In this document: piece after piece, positions 38,310 to 47,639 of the stretch | Layout of the letters: each line of letters begins with the position of its first letter | Position numbering within the stretch: position 1 is the first letter of the stretch | IMG/VR virus record: IMGVR_UViG_3300031993_000015 | Direction: 5' to 3' (one strand) | DNA length: 64,000 nucleotides | From: a virus | Lineage: Duplodnaviria; Caudoviricetes | Translations under genes and position numbers: made by a program | The notes under the pieces: model-generated | Seen by the model: the letters and a program-made list of their open reading frames with translations, nothing else | Database searches by the model: none | What the model was told of the DNA's origin: nothing

Positions 38310-38976
38310 CGCAACCATGTCGGGTTTCATCACAGTGTCGTCCGGTCGCATCGAGCTGCCGGAGGACGTCGATGTCTACATGTCAGGCTGCGCTGTGATC
38401 GGTAAAGGCGGAGAACTGATTCTGAACGGTAAAGGCCAGTCGTCCCAGTACATACATGAGTGTATTGTCGAGGAAGGTGGCTATCTGTATGCCGGCGGTA
38501 ATCTGGCGCATGTTACCAGCGCCACTATTCAGGAGTCAGGACATCTGTATGTCAGCGATGACGCACATATGTACGACGTCATGGGCGGCGGCCTTATCAT
38601 CTGCAGAGGTGCATCCAGTATCCTGCATATGGAAGTCACGGCCGGCGGCAAGGCTGTTCTGGAGAATGTGAAGCTCGCACGGAACGTTCATGTGCATCCT
38701 CGTGCAGAACTGGAAGTCGGCAGCCAGACGCATATCGAACACCTCGTTGTTCGTATGGGTGGCTATGCCAGGATCTCAGAGTCACATGCTGTGGATGTCG
38801 AGATCTGCAGCGGTGGCACGCTGTCCATTCTGGACGCCAACGTCAGCGAGATTCGGCAATCCGAGGGTGCCGTGGTCAAAATCAACGGCAAGTGCAAGGT
38901 CCACTACAACAGGCTGTCGGAAGTCGGCGGCCCTGAGTTCAAGGAGTACTCTGATGGACTCTCAAAAGAAGAGTAA
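38302..38976 (+). CDS. AIDA-like beta-helix repeat protein (second copy)
   Basis: V..GG.L.V repeats; GGAGGAG RBS. Confidence 0.7.
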   Translation: MSNATMSGFITVSSGRIELPEDVDVYMSGCAVIGKGGELILNGKGQSSQYIHECIVEEGGYLYAGGNLAHVTSATIQESGHLYVSDDAHMYDVMGGGLIICRGASSILHMEVTAGGKAVLENVKLARNVHVHPRAELEVGSQTHIEHLVVRMGGYARISESHAVDVEICSGGTLSILDANVSEIRQSEGAVVKINGKCKVHYNRLSEVGGPEFKEYSDGLSKEE

Positions 38977-39733
38977 GTTCAAACCTGGTAAGCTGTCGTT
39001 CCGGCCGGTAGTGGCCAGCATGTGTCCTGTCAAGGGCGACCCTGTCCATTACGGCATCGCGGCTACACGTATAACGCAGGAGGATATAGACAATGGCTGG
39101 ACCCAGCACTCGGCCGGTCCAAGCTCCTGGTCGGAACCGCTGCGTACGCTGACAGAAGCCAAGCGCATTGCACAGCGCAAGAACCGCAAGTGGGCATGGC
39201 AGGAAGCCAAGCGCGTTCGGCAGGCCAGAACCTTCCTGAGCCAATACTGGAACGCACCGTGGGATGCACCTTTCAATGTCGGTCACGTCTCTACCGTGAA
39301 GTTCCCTGGAGGATTCCACAAACCGCGCTTCAATCTGAACGAGACGGTGTTCTTTGTGAAGGTTGTGCGTGATCCGTACCTGCAGTTGTACTACGGGCGT
39401 GGTGTCATCACGGGAGTTCAGTGGGTTTACGGATACGATGCTGAGCACCCGGTTGACAATGCCAATCGTGGTGAATGGCATTGGACATATCGTTTGGACT
39501 TCCGCCGGCGCTGTAACCAGATCGACAGGGAGCACGATGACAGACTCAATCCAGCGAGCTGGGTGCCTGATTACGAGTACGTGATTGAGCGCGAGGTGTT
39601 CAGAACACTGGAAGACGCGCTTGAAGCTCTTGAGAAGTACAACAACGAGCTGGCCTGCAGATGGCACAGTATCGAGGATCGTCTTGAGAATGTTCGTACC
39701 AGGGACATGAAAGACGGCGAGGAGATCGGCTGA
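38954..39733 (+). CDS. hypothetical protein, SH3-like/'F.T.E.A' family
   Basis: PRFNLNETVFF...VFRTLEDA followed by coiled coil. Confidence 0.65.
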   Translation: MDSQKKSKFKPGKLSFRPVVASMCPVKGDPVHYGIAATRITQEDIDNGWTQHSAGPSSWSEPLRTLTEAKRIAQRKNRKWAWQEAKRVRQARTFLSQYWNAPWDAPFNVGHVSTVKFPGGFHKPRFNLNETVFFVKVVRDPYLQLYYGRGVITGVQWVYGYDAEHPVDNANRGEWHWTYRLDFRRRCNQIDREHDDRLNPASWVPDYEYVIEREVFRTLEDALEALEKYNNELACRWHSIEDRLENVRTRDMKDGEEIG

Positions 39734-40350
39734 TGGCTAAAAAGAAGTCAGAGAAGGAACCGATTCCTTATGGTGTTACCACCATGTGGGGCGGCGAGGA
39801 CCGTCCGTTACACGCTACAGTGACACGTGACCATGTGTACGCTCATCTCAAGTACCCCTTGAAAGAGGCCATAAAGCGTGCCAGGGAAATGAATGATGTG
39901 GAGATGAAGGACCAGGAACTCGAACATATTGAATACCTTGAGGTGTTCGATAAAGAGAGCCCATCGGATTTCAGAGTACTCCAACGCATTTCCAAACTGC
40001 CGAAGTATCGTTGCGGACAGAAAGTGTTCGTAGTGCATGCTCGTGTATGTGATCTGTTCGCTGCAAAAGGCGTGATCGTCGGTATGGAATGGGACGAAGT
40101 CCTCAGAGACTGGCAGTACACTGTCATGTATCGCGGACATGTCAAGCGGTCATTCCAGCAGGGAAAAGGACCACTGCACGAGCTAACTCTTGTGGACACT
40201 GAAGACTATATATTCCCTTACGAGCAGAAGGCGAAAGCCAAGAAGCTGTTTGTAAAAGGTATTTCCGATTGCGGAAAATGGTGGTCGAAGTTTGTCGCAA
40301 AGTTGGCAAAACTGAAGGAAGGCATGCTGGCAGAAGGCGACACGCTGTAG
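39733..40350 (+). CDS. hypothetical protein, SH3-like family
   Basis: PKYRCGQKVFVV...IFPYEQKA. Confidence 0.65.
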   Translation: MAKKKSEKEPIPYGVTTMWGGEDRPLHATVTRDHVYAHLKYPLKEAIKRAREMNDVEMKDQELEHIEYLEVFDKESPSDFRVLQRISKLPKYRCGQKVFVVHARVCDLFAAKGVIVGMEWDEVLRDWQYTVMYRGHVKRSFQQGKGPLHELTLVDTEDYIFPYEQKAKAKKLFVKGISDCGKWWSKFVAKLAKLKEGMLAEGDTL

Positions 40351-40377
40351 TGACGCTGAGTCTCTTTGTAGGAGGTA

Positions 40378-41286
40378 ATGCCTATGAAGAGACTCAAAAT
40401 CGTTTGCGTGTGTGGTGGTGGCGTGTTCGGCGCAATCCCCGCACACTTTCTCAGTATGTTGCCAGATGCTCAGCAGATGTTGAAAGACGTCGATGTCATC
40501 TGCGGTACATCAATCGGTGGTATTCTCTCGTGCGCTTATGCAGTTGGTCATACATTCAAAGATGTGGACAAATGCTTCCAGGAGCGTGCGAAAGACTGCT
40601 TCAAGAAACGCACTTGGGCGAAGATCGACCCACTGGCGTGCCCTGTGTACGACAGCAAGAGTCTGTATGAAGTCATCCAGGACATGATCGGTAATAGTCT
40701 GATGCGGGATGTCAAAAAGGTATTTCCGCATCTGTCTATTGTTGTTCCTGCTTTGAACGCTACCAAGGATAAGCCGATCATATTTCAAAACATCACACAT
40801 GAGTTTGAGAATATTAAGCTGGTTGAAGTTGCGAAGATGACTTCTGCAGCTCCTTCTTATTTCGACTGTGTGGAGTTTAAGGGTGATGCCATCATTGATG
40901 GTGGACTCCTTGATGTTGATGGTGCTCTAACAGGTGTCACCACAGTGCAGGAGCTTACTGGCGTTCCGTTCGAGAATATGGATCTTATGGTCCTTGGTAC
41001 AGGACAGGACGTCGATGAGAATCCATTGACAGTGAAGGCTTATCGCAGATTGAAATTGTTCCCAGGTATGGTCTTGGGGGTACTTCGTGCGTATGCTACT
41101 CTTGGTAACAAAGAGATGTCCAAGAAGCACTTGCGTGGTCTCGGCTGTCACTGCTTTAACTACTTCAATCCAGTGGTGATCAACGGACAGCTCGACGATT
41201 GGAAGCAGGTGCCTGCCCTCGTGAAAGAAGCTGACAAGCACAAGGATGAGTTCCTTCGCTGGTGGGAAGCATGGAGAACATGCTGA
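40378..41286 (+). CDS. patatin-like phospholipase
   Basis: GGGVFG oxyanion loop, GTSIG nucleophile, TSAAPSYF, IDGG catalytic Asp, LGTG. Confidence 0.92.
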   Translation: MPMKRLKIVCVCGGGVFGAIPAHFLSMLPDAQQMLKDVDVICGTSIGGILSCAYAVGHTFKDVDKCFQERAKDCFKKRTWAKIDPLACPVYDSKSLYEVIQDMIGNSLMRDVKKVFPHLSIVVPALNATKDKPIIFQNITHEFENIKLVEVAKMTSAAPSYFDCVEFKGDAIIDGGLLDVDGALTGVTTVQELTGVPFENMDLMVLGTGQDVDENPLTVKAYRRLKLFPGMVLGVLRAYATLGNKEMSKKHLRGLGCHCFNYFNPVVINGQLDDWKQVPALVKEADKHKDEFLRWWEAWRTC

Positions 41287-41339
41287 TACACAACAATTAA
41301 CAATTTGGTAACGAAATTATTTTCGTGACCAGCAACTAT

Positions 41340-41370
41340 AGGGTCGGTCCATATTGGTCCGGCCCTTTTC
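41340..41370 (+). terminator. intrinsic terminator
   Basis: AGGGTCGG/CCGGCCCT hairpin followed by TTTT. Confidence 0.5.
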
Positions 41371-41383
41371 ATTGGAGGTTATT

Positions 41384-41845
41384 ATGGGCGATAGAGCCGT
41401 AATCACAACGAATAAGGACCTGTCTGGTGTCGGGGTCTACCTGCACTGGGACGGGAACCGTAGCACGGTTGAGGCTTACCTGGCGTTCTGCGAGTGCAAG
41501 CGCTTCAGAAAGCCCGAAGACGATCCGTATGGCTGGGCGTACCTGACAGCTGTCATCGCAAATGCCTTTGCAGACGGCAACTCCGTAGGTGTTGACCTGT
41601 GCAGCCGACTCGACTGTAACAACTACGACAACGGCGTTTACGTCATCAAGGACTGGCGCATCGTTGATCGTGTCTACGCACCGGCGAGCGAGTACTATGA
41701 ACAGTACAGCCTGGTTGATATGGTTCGTGCTGTAGACGCAGAACAGCCGCCGCGCATGCGCCTGTCCACAGATGATTGGGCGCGGTTCCATGAAATCGAG
41801 GACGCAATTATCAAGGCGCGTCCTGCAGAGAAAAAGTCAACTTGA
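41384..41845 (+). CDS. hypothetical phage-type protein (MGDRA...YLHWDG)
   Basis: GGAGG RBS; YLHW.G and DNGVY motifs. Confidence 0.7.
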   Translation: MGDRAVITTNKDLSGVGVYLHWDGNRSTVEAYLAFCECKRFRKPEDDPYGWAYLTAVIANAFADGNSVGVDLCSRLDCNNYDNGVYVIKDWRIVDRVYAPASEYYEQYSLVDMVRAVDAEQPPRMRLSTDDWARFHEIEDAIIKARPAEKKST

Positions 41846-41856
41846 AGTTCAAAATC

Positions 41857-42519
41857 ATGAACAGTAATTTTCCAAAAGACAACGACGACCTGATCCGTCG
41901 CGCAGCCAGGAATGTCAGGCAGAATAACGAGGAGCCTGAGCCTTCCTTCAAGGATGCCAGCGATGACCAGGTAGCCCGGCAAAAAGCCGACTTCGAGAAG
42001 GACGAACCACCCGTCGAAGATGTACAGGTCGTGTGTGGATCTATCGACAAGGACGGCAAAGTACACGAAGTGCCTGCCGATGAGATTCCGGACAGCATTC
42101 GTGCGTTCATCGACGACCTGACCGACGGTGCGTTCTCCAAGCAAAATCCGCCGAAAGCCAAGCTGCCCAAGCGGAGTTCCAGGAAGAATCTCGACATGAA
42201 CCCGGACGGCATGGAGATGCATAAATGTTCTGACGAAGAACTCGAAGAGATCGAGAAGACCGTGGAACGGCTGCAGGAGCTCTGTGTGAAGTACAAGCTG
42301 CCGGGCACCGCTATGGTGCAGGTGTGCAACACGTTCTGGGGTTTCGGAGCCAGAGGGTTCCGGTACAAGAACAAGCGCATCAACGGCAGGCTGGACCTGT
42401 TCATGAAGGTCGGCGACATTCTGTTCAGCGACACTGTTCCGCGCCCGGAAGACCTGAAGGACTTTGCCGATGTCGTGGCGCGAATGCTTAAACACATGAA
42501 AGGAGGCAGTGATGCCTGA
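41857..42519 (+). CDS. hypothetical protein, paralog family A member 1
   Basis: EIEKTVERLQELCVKYKLPG...Q. Confidence 0.7.
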   Translation: MNSNFPKDNDDLIRRAARNVRQNNEEPEPSFKDASDDQVARQKADFEKDEPPVEDVQVVCGSIDKDGKVHEVPADEIPDSIRAFIDDLTDGAFSKQNPPKAKLPKRSSRKNLDMNPDGMEMHKCSDEELEEIEKTVERLQELCVKYKLPGTAMVQVCNTFWGFGARGFRYKNKRINGRLDLFMKVGDILFSDTVPRPEDLKDFADVVARMLKHMKGGSDA

Positions 42520-42895
42520 AATCGTAAACGGCGTAGAGGTGGACGACATCCAGCTCACCGATATGCATTACACGATGCCCAAAGAGGTCATCGAGGAAAT
42601 CAACAAGAAGGTCCACGAGCTGTACGTGATGTGCGAGCGGCTGAAACTGCCGGCACTTTGTGTGGTTCAGACGATCAATCATCCGGACACGTACGCCACG
42701 GTGGATATCATGAGCCACCATGACGGTCGCGGCGCATATCCCATGAGCATCCTGATGGGCGCCTATGTGGTGCTCACCGATAGCGACTACACAATGGATG
42801 ACCGGCTGGCGCTCCTGAAAGCTATCGCCGACATCCAGAGAAAACACAACAAGAAAGGCAATACCGATGGAAACGCAAACGTGGGAACTCACTGA
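42512..42895 (+). CDS. hypothetical protein, paralog family A member 2
   Basis: EINKKVHELYVMCERLKLPA...Q. Confidence 0.7.
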   Translation: MPEIVNGVEVDDIQLTDMHYTMPKEVIEEINKKVHELYVMCERLKLPALCVVQTINHPDTYATVDIMSHHDGRGAYPMSILMGAYVVLTDSDYTMDDRLALLKAIADIQRKHNKKGNTDGNANVGTH

Positions 42896-43205
42896 CGAAC
42901 AATACAATGAACTGCTGGCCAAGTCTGAAGAGCTGCACACCCTGTGCAAGAAGCTCCAGGTTCCGGCTGTCGTCGCTCTGCAGATCGCCAATGCGCCCGA
43001 TTCCTTTGGCATCGAGGGCTACTCCAGTTTCGATCTGCCGCGCATCTGCATCAACATGCTCGTGCTCGCATCCGTGTTCGATATTCTGACCGGCACGAAG
43101 GAGATCGACAGCGAGGAGATGGGACAGCTTATGCAGCTGATCCATCAGATCCATCACAAGTACTACGGCAAGGGTGAGAACGTGGAGGTGTCCAATGCCG
43201 AGTGA
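42867..43205 (+). CDS. hypothetical protein, paralog family A member 3
   Basis: ELLAKSEELHTLCKKLQVPA...Q. Confidence 0.7.
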   Translation: METQTWELTDEQYNELLAKSEELHTLCKKLQVPAVVALQIANAPDSFGIEGYSSFDLPRICINMLVLASVFDILTGTKEIDSEEMGQLMQLIHQIHHKYYGKGENVEVSNAE

Positions 43206-43596
43206 AGCCTTCAAGTGCACTGATGGACAGCGCGAGCACATTCACGAGCTGCTCAAAGAGCTGTATAATGCTGCTATTATCTATGATTTTCCATGCGCAT
43301 GCTTTGTACAACTCAGCAACGACAGTGAAGGCCATTTCACTGGCAGCGGATTCTGCAGCGGCAGCAAGGATCGCATGAGCATCCTGATGCAGCTTTTCGC
43401 ATGCTGTCATGCGTTGCTGTTCGGCTTCGACGGCGAAGGCACACATCTGACACGGGATGCTCTGCAGGAGTTCGCGTGCCAGGTCAGTGCCTGGATGGCC
43501 GTGTACTACCCCACCGAAACAGAGGAGAACAAAGATGAATCAGACGGAGATGACACATCTGTTCAGTCTGGAACAACTGGACAAGCTGAGCCGTGA
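43195..43596 (+). CDS. hypothetical protein, paralog family A member 4
   Basis: HIHELLKELYNAAIIYDFPC...Q. Confidence 0.65.
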   Translation: MPSEAFKCTDGQREHIHELLKELYNAAIIYDFPCACFVQLSNDSEGHFTGSGFCSGSKDRMSILMQLFACCHALLFGFDGEGTHLTRDALQEFACQVSAWMAVYYPTETEENKDESDGDDTSVQSGTTGQAEP

Positions 43597-43942
43597 CATC
43601 GTCGCCCAGGAACAGCTCCATAAGAACATGATGGACCTGGTCAAGCACCATAAGAAGTATCCGCCGAAACGTACGGATGCAGGGCTTGTGATCCAGGACA
43701 TCATATACGTGGACATCGTTGGAATTATCGGCGAGTTCATGAAGCTGTTCCCGGACTTCGATCCTGACAAGTACGAATCCACGGATGAGCACGGTGAGCG
43801 CATCAGAAAGCGCTGCAAGGACTGCGCTTATCTCAGAGACGAATGGATCTGCGACGACAACGGGATGTCAGTATATGACATCCCTGACGAAGCATGTTCC
43901 GCGAACGAAACCAGAACAATGACGGAGACCAAGAACGAATGA
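43535..43942 (+). CDS. hypothetical protein with CKDC..C..C tail
   Basis: GAGGAG RBS. Confidence 0.65.
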   Translation: MNQTEMTHLFSLEQLDKLSRDIVAQEQLHKNMMDLVKHHKKYPPKRTDAGLVIQDIIYVDIVGIIGEFMKLFPDFDPDKYESTDEHGERIRKRCKDCAYLRDEWICDDNGMSVYDIPDEACSANETRTMTETKNE

Positions 43943-44577
43943 AGCGTGCCAAGTATAAGAAGGGCGACAAGCTCTTCATTAAAGACAGGCAGTGGGGCCG
44001 TGTGTTCCCTGTGATCGTAATGGACGTCAGTGAAGTCCTTGAGCAAGACAACGAGGTCACGCTCTACAGTCTCAAGTTGCAGGACACACCGGGTGTTCGT
44101 GATGAGCTGGCCTTTCATGGAGCTGCCAAGCCCTGTCTGTTCTACCTGGATCCGACCAGGCTGTACAAGGAGCACGAGCTGTTCGAGGACAAGCAGATGG
44201 CCTACAAGTATCTGATCGGTGACTACGAGGCCGAGAAGATGGACCTGGAGGCACGTCTGAAAGTACTGCCTCAGATCATTCAGAACGCTAAGCAGCGCAT
44301 GAACGAAGCTGCCGAGCAAGCGGGATCCCAGTACAAGCTGGGATCCAAGGTCTGGGTCATCGCGGACAACAATGTCTACGAGGCAACCATCGACGAGTTC
44401 GACAGAGGAGACTTCCAGAACAGGCCGTATCACTTCAAGGAGTCCTACTCCTGGCACAGCGGCTGGATCAGGCTGTGTGACATCTTCGACACCAAACAGG
44501 CTGCAGTGGATGAGCTTCGCGCCAGGTTCCGCAAGGAGTGCGAAGAGCGCTGCGCCAAGGTAGGTGCAGAATGCTGA
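43939..44577 (+). CDS. protein with two SH3-like/'F.T...A' modules
   Basis: KYKKGDKLFI...LFEDKQMA; QYKLGSKVWV...IFDTKQAA. Confidence 0.7.
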   Translation: MKRAKYKKGDKLFIKDRQWGRVFPVIVMDVSEVLEQDNEVTLYSLKLQDTPGVRDELAFHGAAKPCLFYLDPTRLYKEHELFEDKQMAYKYLIGDYEAEKMDLEARLKVLPQIIQNAKQRMNEAAEQAGSQYKLGSKVWVIADNNVYEATIDEFDRGDFQNRPYHFKESYSWHSGWIRLCDIFDTKQAAVDELRARFRKECEERCAKVGAEC

Positions 44578-44915
44578 CAAGACCTAAACCAGGTACGATT
44601 GTCTGGTGCGCTGAAAGTGGTGTTATCAAACAGCTTGAAGTGGTTCCTGAGAGCTTCGCAAAGAGTCGTAGCCGGATGCAGCACGATGAGGTATGTGTTC
44701 GTTATCCGAATGATAACATTGTGTTGCCTTGGTATTGCTGGCTGGGTTACTTGTTTGAGAAAAAAGAAGATGCTGTGAAACTCGCTATCGAACAACTAAC
44801 GCAAAGAATGGATAACAATAACTGGTTGATCCAGGATACGCGCAGTGAAAATAGGGAGTTGAAACGACAGATTCAGCAATACGAGGAGACTATCAATGGA
44901 CTGGCGAAAACTTAA
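44571..44915 (+). CDS. SH3-like family protein plus coiled coil
   Basis: KPGTIVWC...LFEKKEDA. Confidence 0.65.
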   Translation: MLTRPKPGTIVWCAESGVIKQLEVVPESFAKSRSRMQHDEVCVRYPNDNIVLPWYCWLGYLFEKKEDAVKLAIEQLTQRMDNNNWLIQDTRSENRELKRQIQQYEETINGLAKT

Positions 44916-45252
44916 AGTCGGTCAAACTATCTGGTATGTCAACACGACCGGTCCTGACAGACTTTCAGGCACATGGCTGGAGCTCTGGAAGGGAACTGTC
45001 ATCACCATTGATCCTGATGCTACCTATCCGGTCTGTTGTAAATGGGACCGTGTTGGAGGTCATGCCAACTGGGTCAGACCGGAATTTGGCTGGCATACAG
45101 GGCTTGCGCTTCCTGGTATAATCAGAGAAGAGACAATATGGAACCCGAACGTATTCCCAACGGCCGAGGAAGCCATCGAGCATTATCTACAGGGACCACG
45201 GAAGGAGCTGATGGCTCAGGCCAAACGACTGGAGAACAACAACAATGGATAA
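44896..45252 (+). CDS. SH3-like family protein
   Basis: KVGQTIWYV...VFPTAEEA. Confidence 0.65.
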   Translation: MDWRKLKVGQTIWYVNTTGPDRLSGTWLELWKGTVITIDPDATYPVCCKWDRVGGHANWVRPEFGWHTGLALPGIIREETIWNPNVFPTAEEAIEHYLQGPRKELMAQAKRLENNNNG

Positions 45253-45418
45253 ACCTCAATTCTTGTCCTGCCCGAAATGCGGGGGCATGATCATTGACTA
45301 CAAGAAGGTACAGCCCATCACGGACCAGCAGATTGTCATCACGCAACACTGCGAGTGCTGTGGTCACGAATGGGACGACACCTTCTGGGTCGAAAGAAGC
45401 ACAAACCTGGAGGACTGA
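45245..45418 (+). CDS. small zinc-ribbon protein, 57 aa (below ORF-track cutoff)
   Basis: CPKCG...CECCGHEW. Confidence 0.65.
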   Translation: MDKPQFLSCPKCGGMIIDYKKVQPITDQQIVITQHCECCGHEWDDTFWVERSTNLED

Positions 45419-45420
45419 CA

Positions 45421-45783
45421 ATGGCTGAAATGCTAATTAACGTGGAAGGCTATCTCTCGGATATTAAGCCGGGAGACACGCTGTATTTCGCGACATCTGA
45501 CGACGAAGTCATCGAAGTCACTGTTGTCAATCTGGAGCTTACACTGGAGGAAGTAGGATACAGACCGTACTGGATTACTTGCAAGTGGTATGAGGGCGCG
45601 GAGAACGACAAGGAGATGAAAAACACGCTCTCGGTAGACTGGCTGTTCAAGACCAAAGAAGAGGCTCTCAAATACCTGATGCAGAGCTACAGGGATCACA
45701 TTAGCAGACTGAATGACCGGAAGGCCAAAGCACAGGTCAAGCTGATGGATCTTGAGGAACAGCTTACTCAACTGCATGTGTAA
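45421..45783 (+). CDS. SH3-like family protein plus coiled coil
   Basis: KPGDTLYF...LFKTKEEA. Confidence 0.7.
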   Translation: MAEMLINVEGYLSDIKPGDTLYFATSDDEVIEVTVVNLELTLEEVGYRPYWITCKWYEGAENDKEMKNTLSVDWLFKTKEEALKYLMQSYRDHISRLNDRKAKAQVKLMDLEEQLTQLHV

Positions 45784-45795
45784 GGAGACTGACAA

Positions 45796-46014
45796 ATGAG
45801 TTACAACATCAGATGTCCGAAATGCAACGCCCTGTGCATCGCCATCGAGGACCACCAGTTCTTCCCGCGTGCCGGCGGTGTCGTGCTGTGGCGCAGCTGT
45901 AACGAGTGCGGCTACAAATGGCGTGAGGGCTACACGTTGCAGATCATGCAGAAAGCTCTGCCGTGGACAAAGCCGCCGCACCTGGATGACGACGGAGAGG
46001 AGTTGGACGAATGA
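45796..46014 (+). CDS. small zinc-ribbon protein
   Basis: CPKC...CNECGYKWREGY. Confidence 0.7.
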   Translation: MSYNIRCPKCNALCIAIEDHQFFPRAGGVVLWRSCNECGYKWREGYTLQIMQKALPWTKPPHLDDDGEELDE

Positions 46015-46241
46015 CCAAGCTCTATCCGTCACGGTTCAGAAGCAATCCGGCAATACGAGAGGCTTTCCTGGATGCTGTCGAGGACGAGGATGACTACGAA
46101 GTGGCTCAGATGATGGCAGAGTTCGCTGACAGCTTCGTAGCAGACAATCATCCGTCTATTCGGGAAGAGCATGCAATCTACGATCAGAACAGGGAACGGG
46201 ACCGGCGCGGGCGCCGGTCTTATCACAGGAAAGGAGCCTGA
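46011..46241 (+). CDS. small hypothetical protein
   Basis: ATGA coupling; RBS. Confidence 0.6.
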   Translation: MTKLYPSRFRSNPAIREAFLDAVEDEDDYEVAQMMAEFADSFVADNHPSIREEHAIYDQNRERDRRGRRSYHRKGA

Positions 46242-46244
46242 CAG

Positions 46245-46463
46245 ATGGCTGACGTCATCAAGAACAAGATCAACAGGTCCTACGCAAGGTCCTTCAAGAC
46301 GAATATAGAGAAAAGAAATCCTCTGATCGGCTTGAGGGTACACAGAGCAGCACAGAAGCTCGCCAGCATGTCACACCGGGATACATGCAGAGATGGTAAA
46401 CCGAAACATGTGGCCGGTACTGGCGGCTTCGGCGTCACCAGGCACAGCAAGAAAGGAGCCTGA
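46245..46463 (+). CDS. small basic hypothetical protein
   Basis: AAGGAG RBS. Confidence 0.6.
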   Translation: MADVIKNKINRSYARSFKTNIEKRNPLIGLRVHRAAQKLASMSHRDTCRDGKPKHVAGTGGFGVTRHSKKGA

Positions 46464-46464
46464 C

Positions 46465-46695
46465 ATGCAGTCACAGAAAGGAGCAACGAAACCTGGACTG
46501 AACAGAAAATGCCCGAAGTGCGGCCGTTCCCGGATCGAACTTGTTGATCACAATTTCACAGGCGATTGGAACGGTGTCATTTTCTGGCGTGTATGCGAAT
46601 GGTGCGGTCATAAATGGAAGGAACATTATGACTTTCACCTGAAAACATCAGACATGCCATGGAAGAAACCGCCGAATACTAAGGAGTGGATCTGA
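46465..46695 (+). CDS. small zinc-ribbon protein
   Basis: CPKCG...CEWCGHKWKEHY...PWKKPP (close paralog of 45796). Confidence 0.7.
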   Translation: MQSQKGATKPGLNRKCPKCGRSRIELVDHNFTGDWNGVIFWRVCEWCGHKWKEHYDFHLKTSDMPWKKPPNTKEWI

Positions 46696-46696
46696 C

Positions 46697-46876
46697 ATGC
46701 AGTTACAACATACATGTCCTGAGTGCGGGGAACACGATAATATCAATGTACACATCACGGTGTTCTTGTGGAGTAACGGTGAACCACAGCGCCTGATATT
46801 CACATTCACGTGTTTCGCCTGCAGGCATCAGTGGACAACAGAAACAGACGACTTCGACACAGACGAGGATCCCTGA
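46697..46876 (+). CDS. small zinc-ribbon protein, 59 aa (below ORF-track cutoff)
   Basis: CPECG...CFACRHQW. Confidence 0.65.
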   Translation: MQLQHTCPECGEHDNINVHITVFLWSNGEPQRLIFTFTCFACRHQWTTETDDFDTDEDP

Positions 46877-46878
46877 CA

Positions 46879-47088
46879 ATGGCAACAGACGGATGTCCTA
46901 AATGTCATGGATTGTGGGTATGGGCGCGAGCTGTCTGGCACATGATACCCAGGTTCTCCAGGATACCGGCAGGTACCGTGTACATCGACTACGAGTGTGC
47001 CAGTTGCGGTCACATGTGGCAGGAATCCTATGAGCTGCAGGATCCGGTGGCAACCACTGGTAAACAGCAGGAGTTCTGTCATGAGTGA
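46879..47088 (+). CDS. small zinc-ribbon protein
   Basis: CPKC...CASCGHMWQESY. Confidence 0.7.
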   Translation: MATDGCPKCHGLWVWARAVWHMIPRFSRIPAGTVYIDYECASCGHMWQESYELQDPVATTGKQQEFCHE

Positions 47089-47206
47089 CCGCTGTAATAA
47101 GTGCCGTTTCTACAGCAAGCTGAAGTTCTGCAACAAGCACAAGCGCGAGGCGCACTCACGGGATCATGTATGCCGTGAGTTCAAACCAAAGAAACCTGAC
47201 AAATGA
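47081..47206 (+). CDS. 41-aa Cys-rich protein
   Basis: AGGAG RBS; CNKC...C...C.EF. Confidence 0.55.
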   Translation: MSDRCNKCRFYSKLKFCNKHKREAHSRDHVCREFKPKKPDK

Positions 47207-47442
47207 GCAAGCAACAAACCAAATACTGGATCGCCACGCACTCTATCGAGCGCTGTCTCCTGTACCCTACCAGGATTGAGCCGATACTGAAGCGCTGCAC
47301 AGTTGTCAAGAAGAATCGTCACAATCTGGTGGAGGTTTTGAACGACAACGACTGTACCAGTTTCGTCCCGCCGGACAAACTGTTCAACACACCGGAGGAG
47401 GCCTGGGCAGACTACAAGAAGTCAGTGGAGCCTGACAAATGA
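47203..47442 (+). CDS. small 'F.T.EEA' family protein
   Basis: LFNTPEEA. Confidence 0.6.
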   Translation: MSKQQTKYWIATHSIERCLLYPTRIEPILKRCTVVKKNRHNLVEVLNDNDCTSFVPPDKLFNTPEEAWADYKKSVEPDK

Positions 47443-47639
47443 TTAAACCACAAGTCTGCTCCCGTTGCGGAAGCGAGAACATCTGGCGGGTCTTCAGCCA
47501 TAAGGAAGGAGACGACGAATACGCCATGATGGTGACTTGCAAGAGCTGCGGCTACGACTGGCTGGAGCATTACGAAACCAGGCTGGTCCGTATCGAGCTG
47601 GTGCATTTCAACAGAAAGGAACCCGACAATGGGACTTGA
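47439..47639 (+). CDS. small zinc-ribbon protein
   Basis: CSRCGS...CKSCGYDWLEHY. Confidence 0.7.
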   Translation: MIKPQVCSRCGSENIWRVFSHKEGDDEYAMMVTCKSCGYDWLEHYETRLVRIELVHFNRKEPDNGT

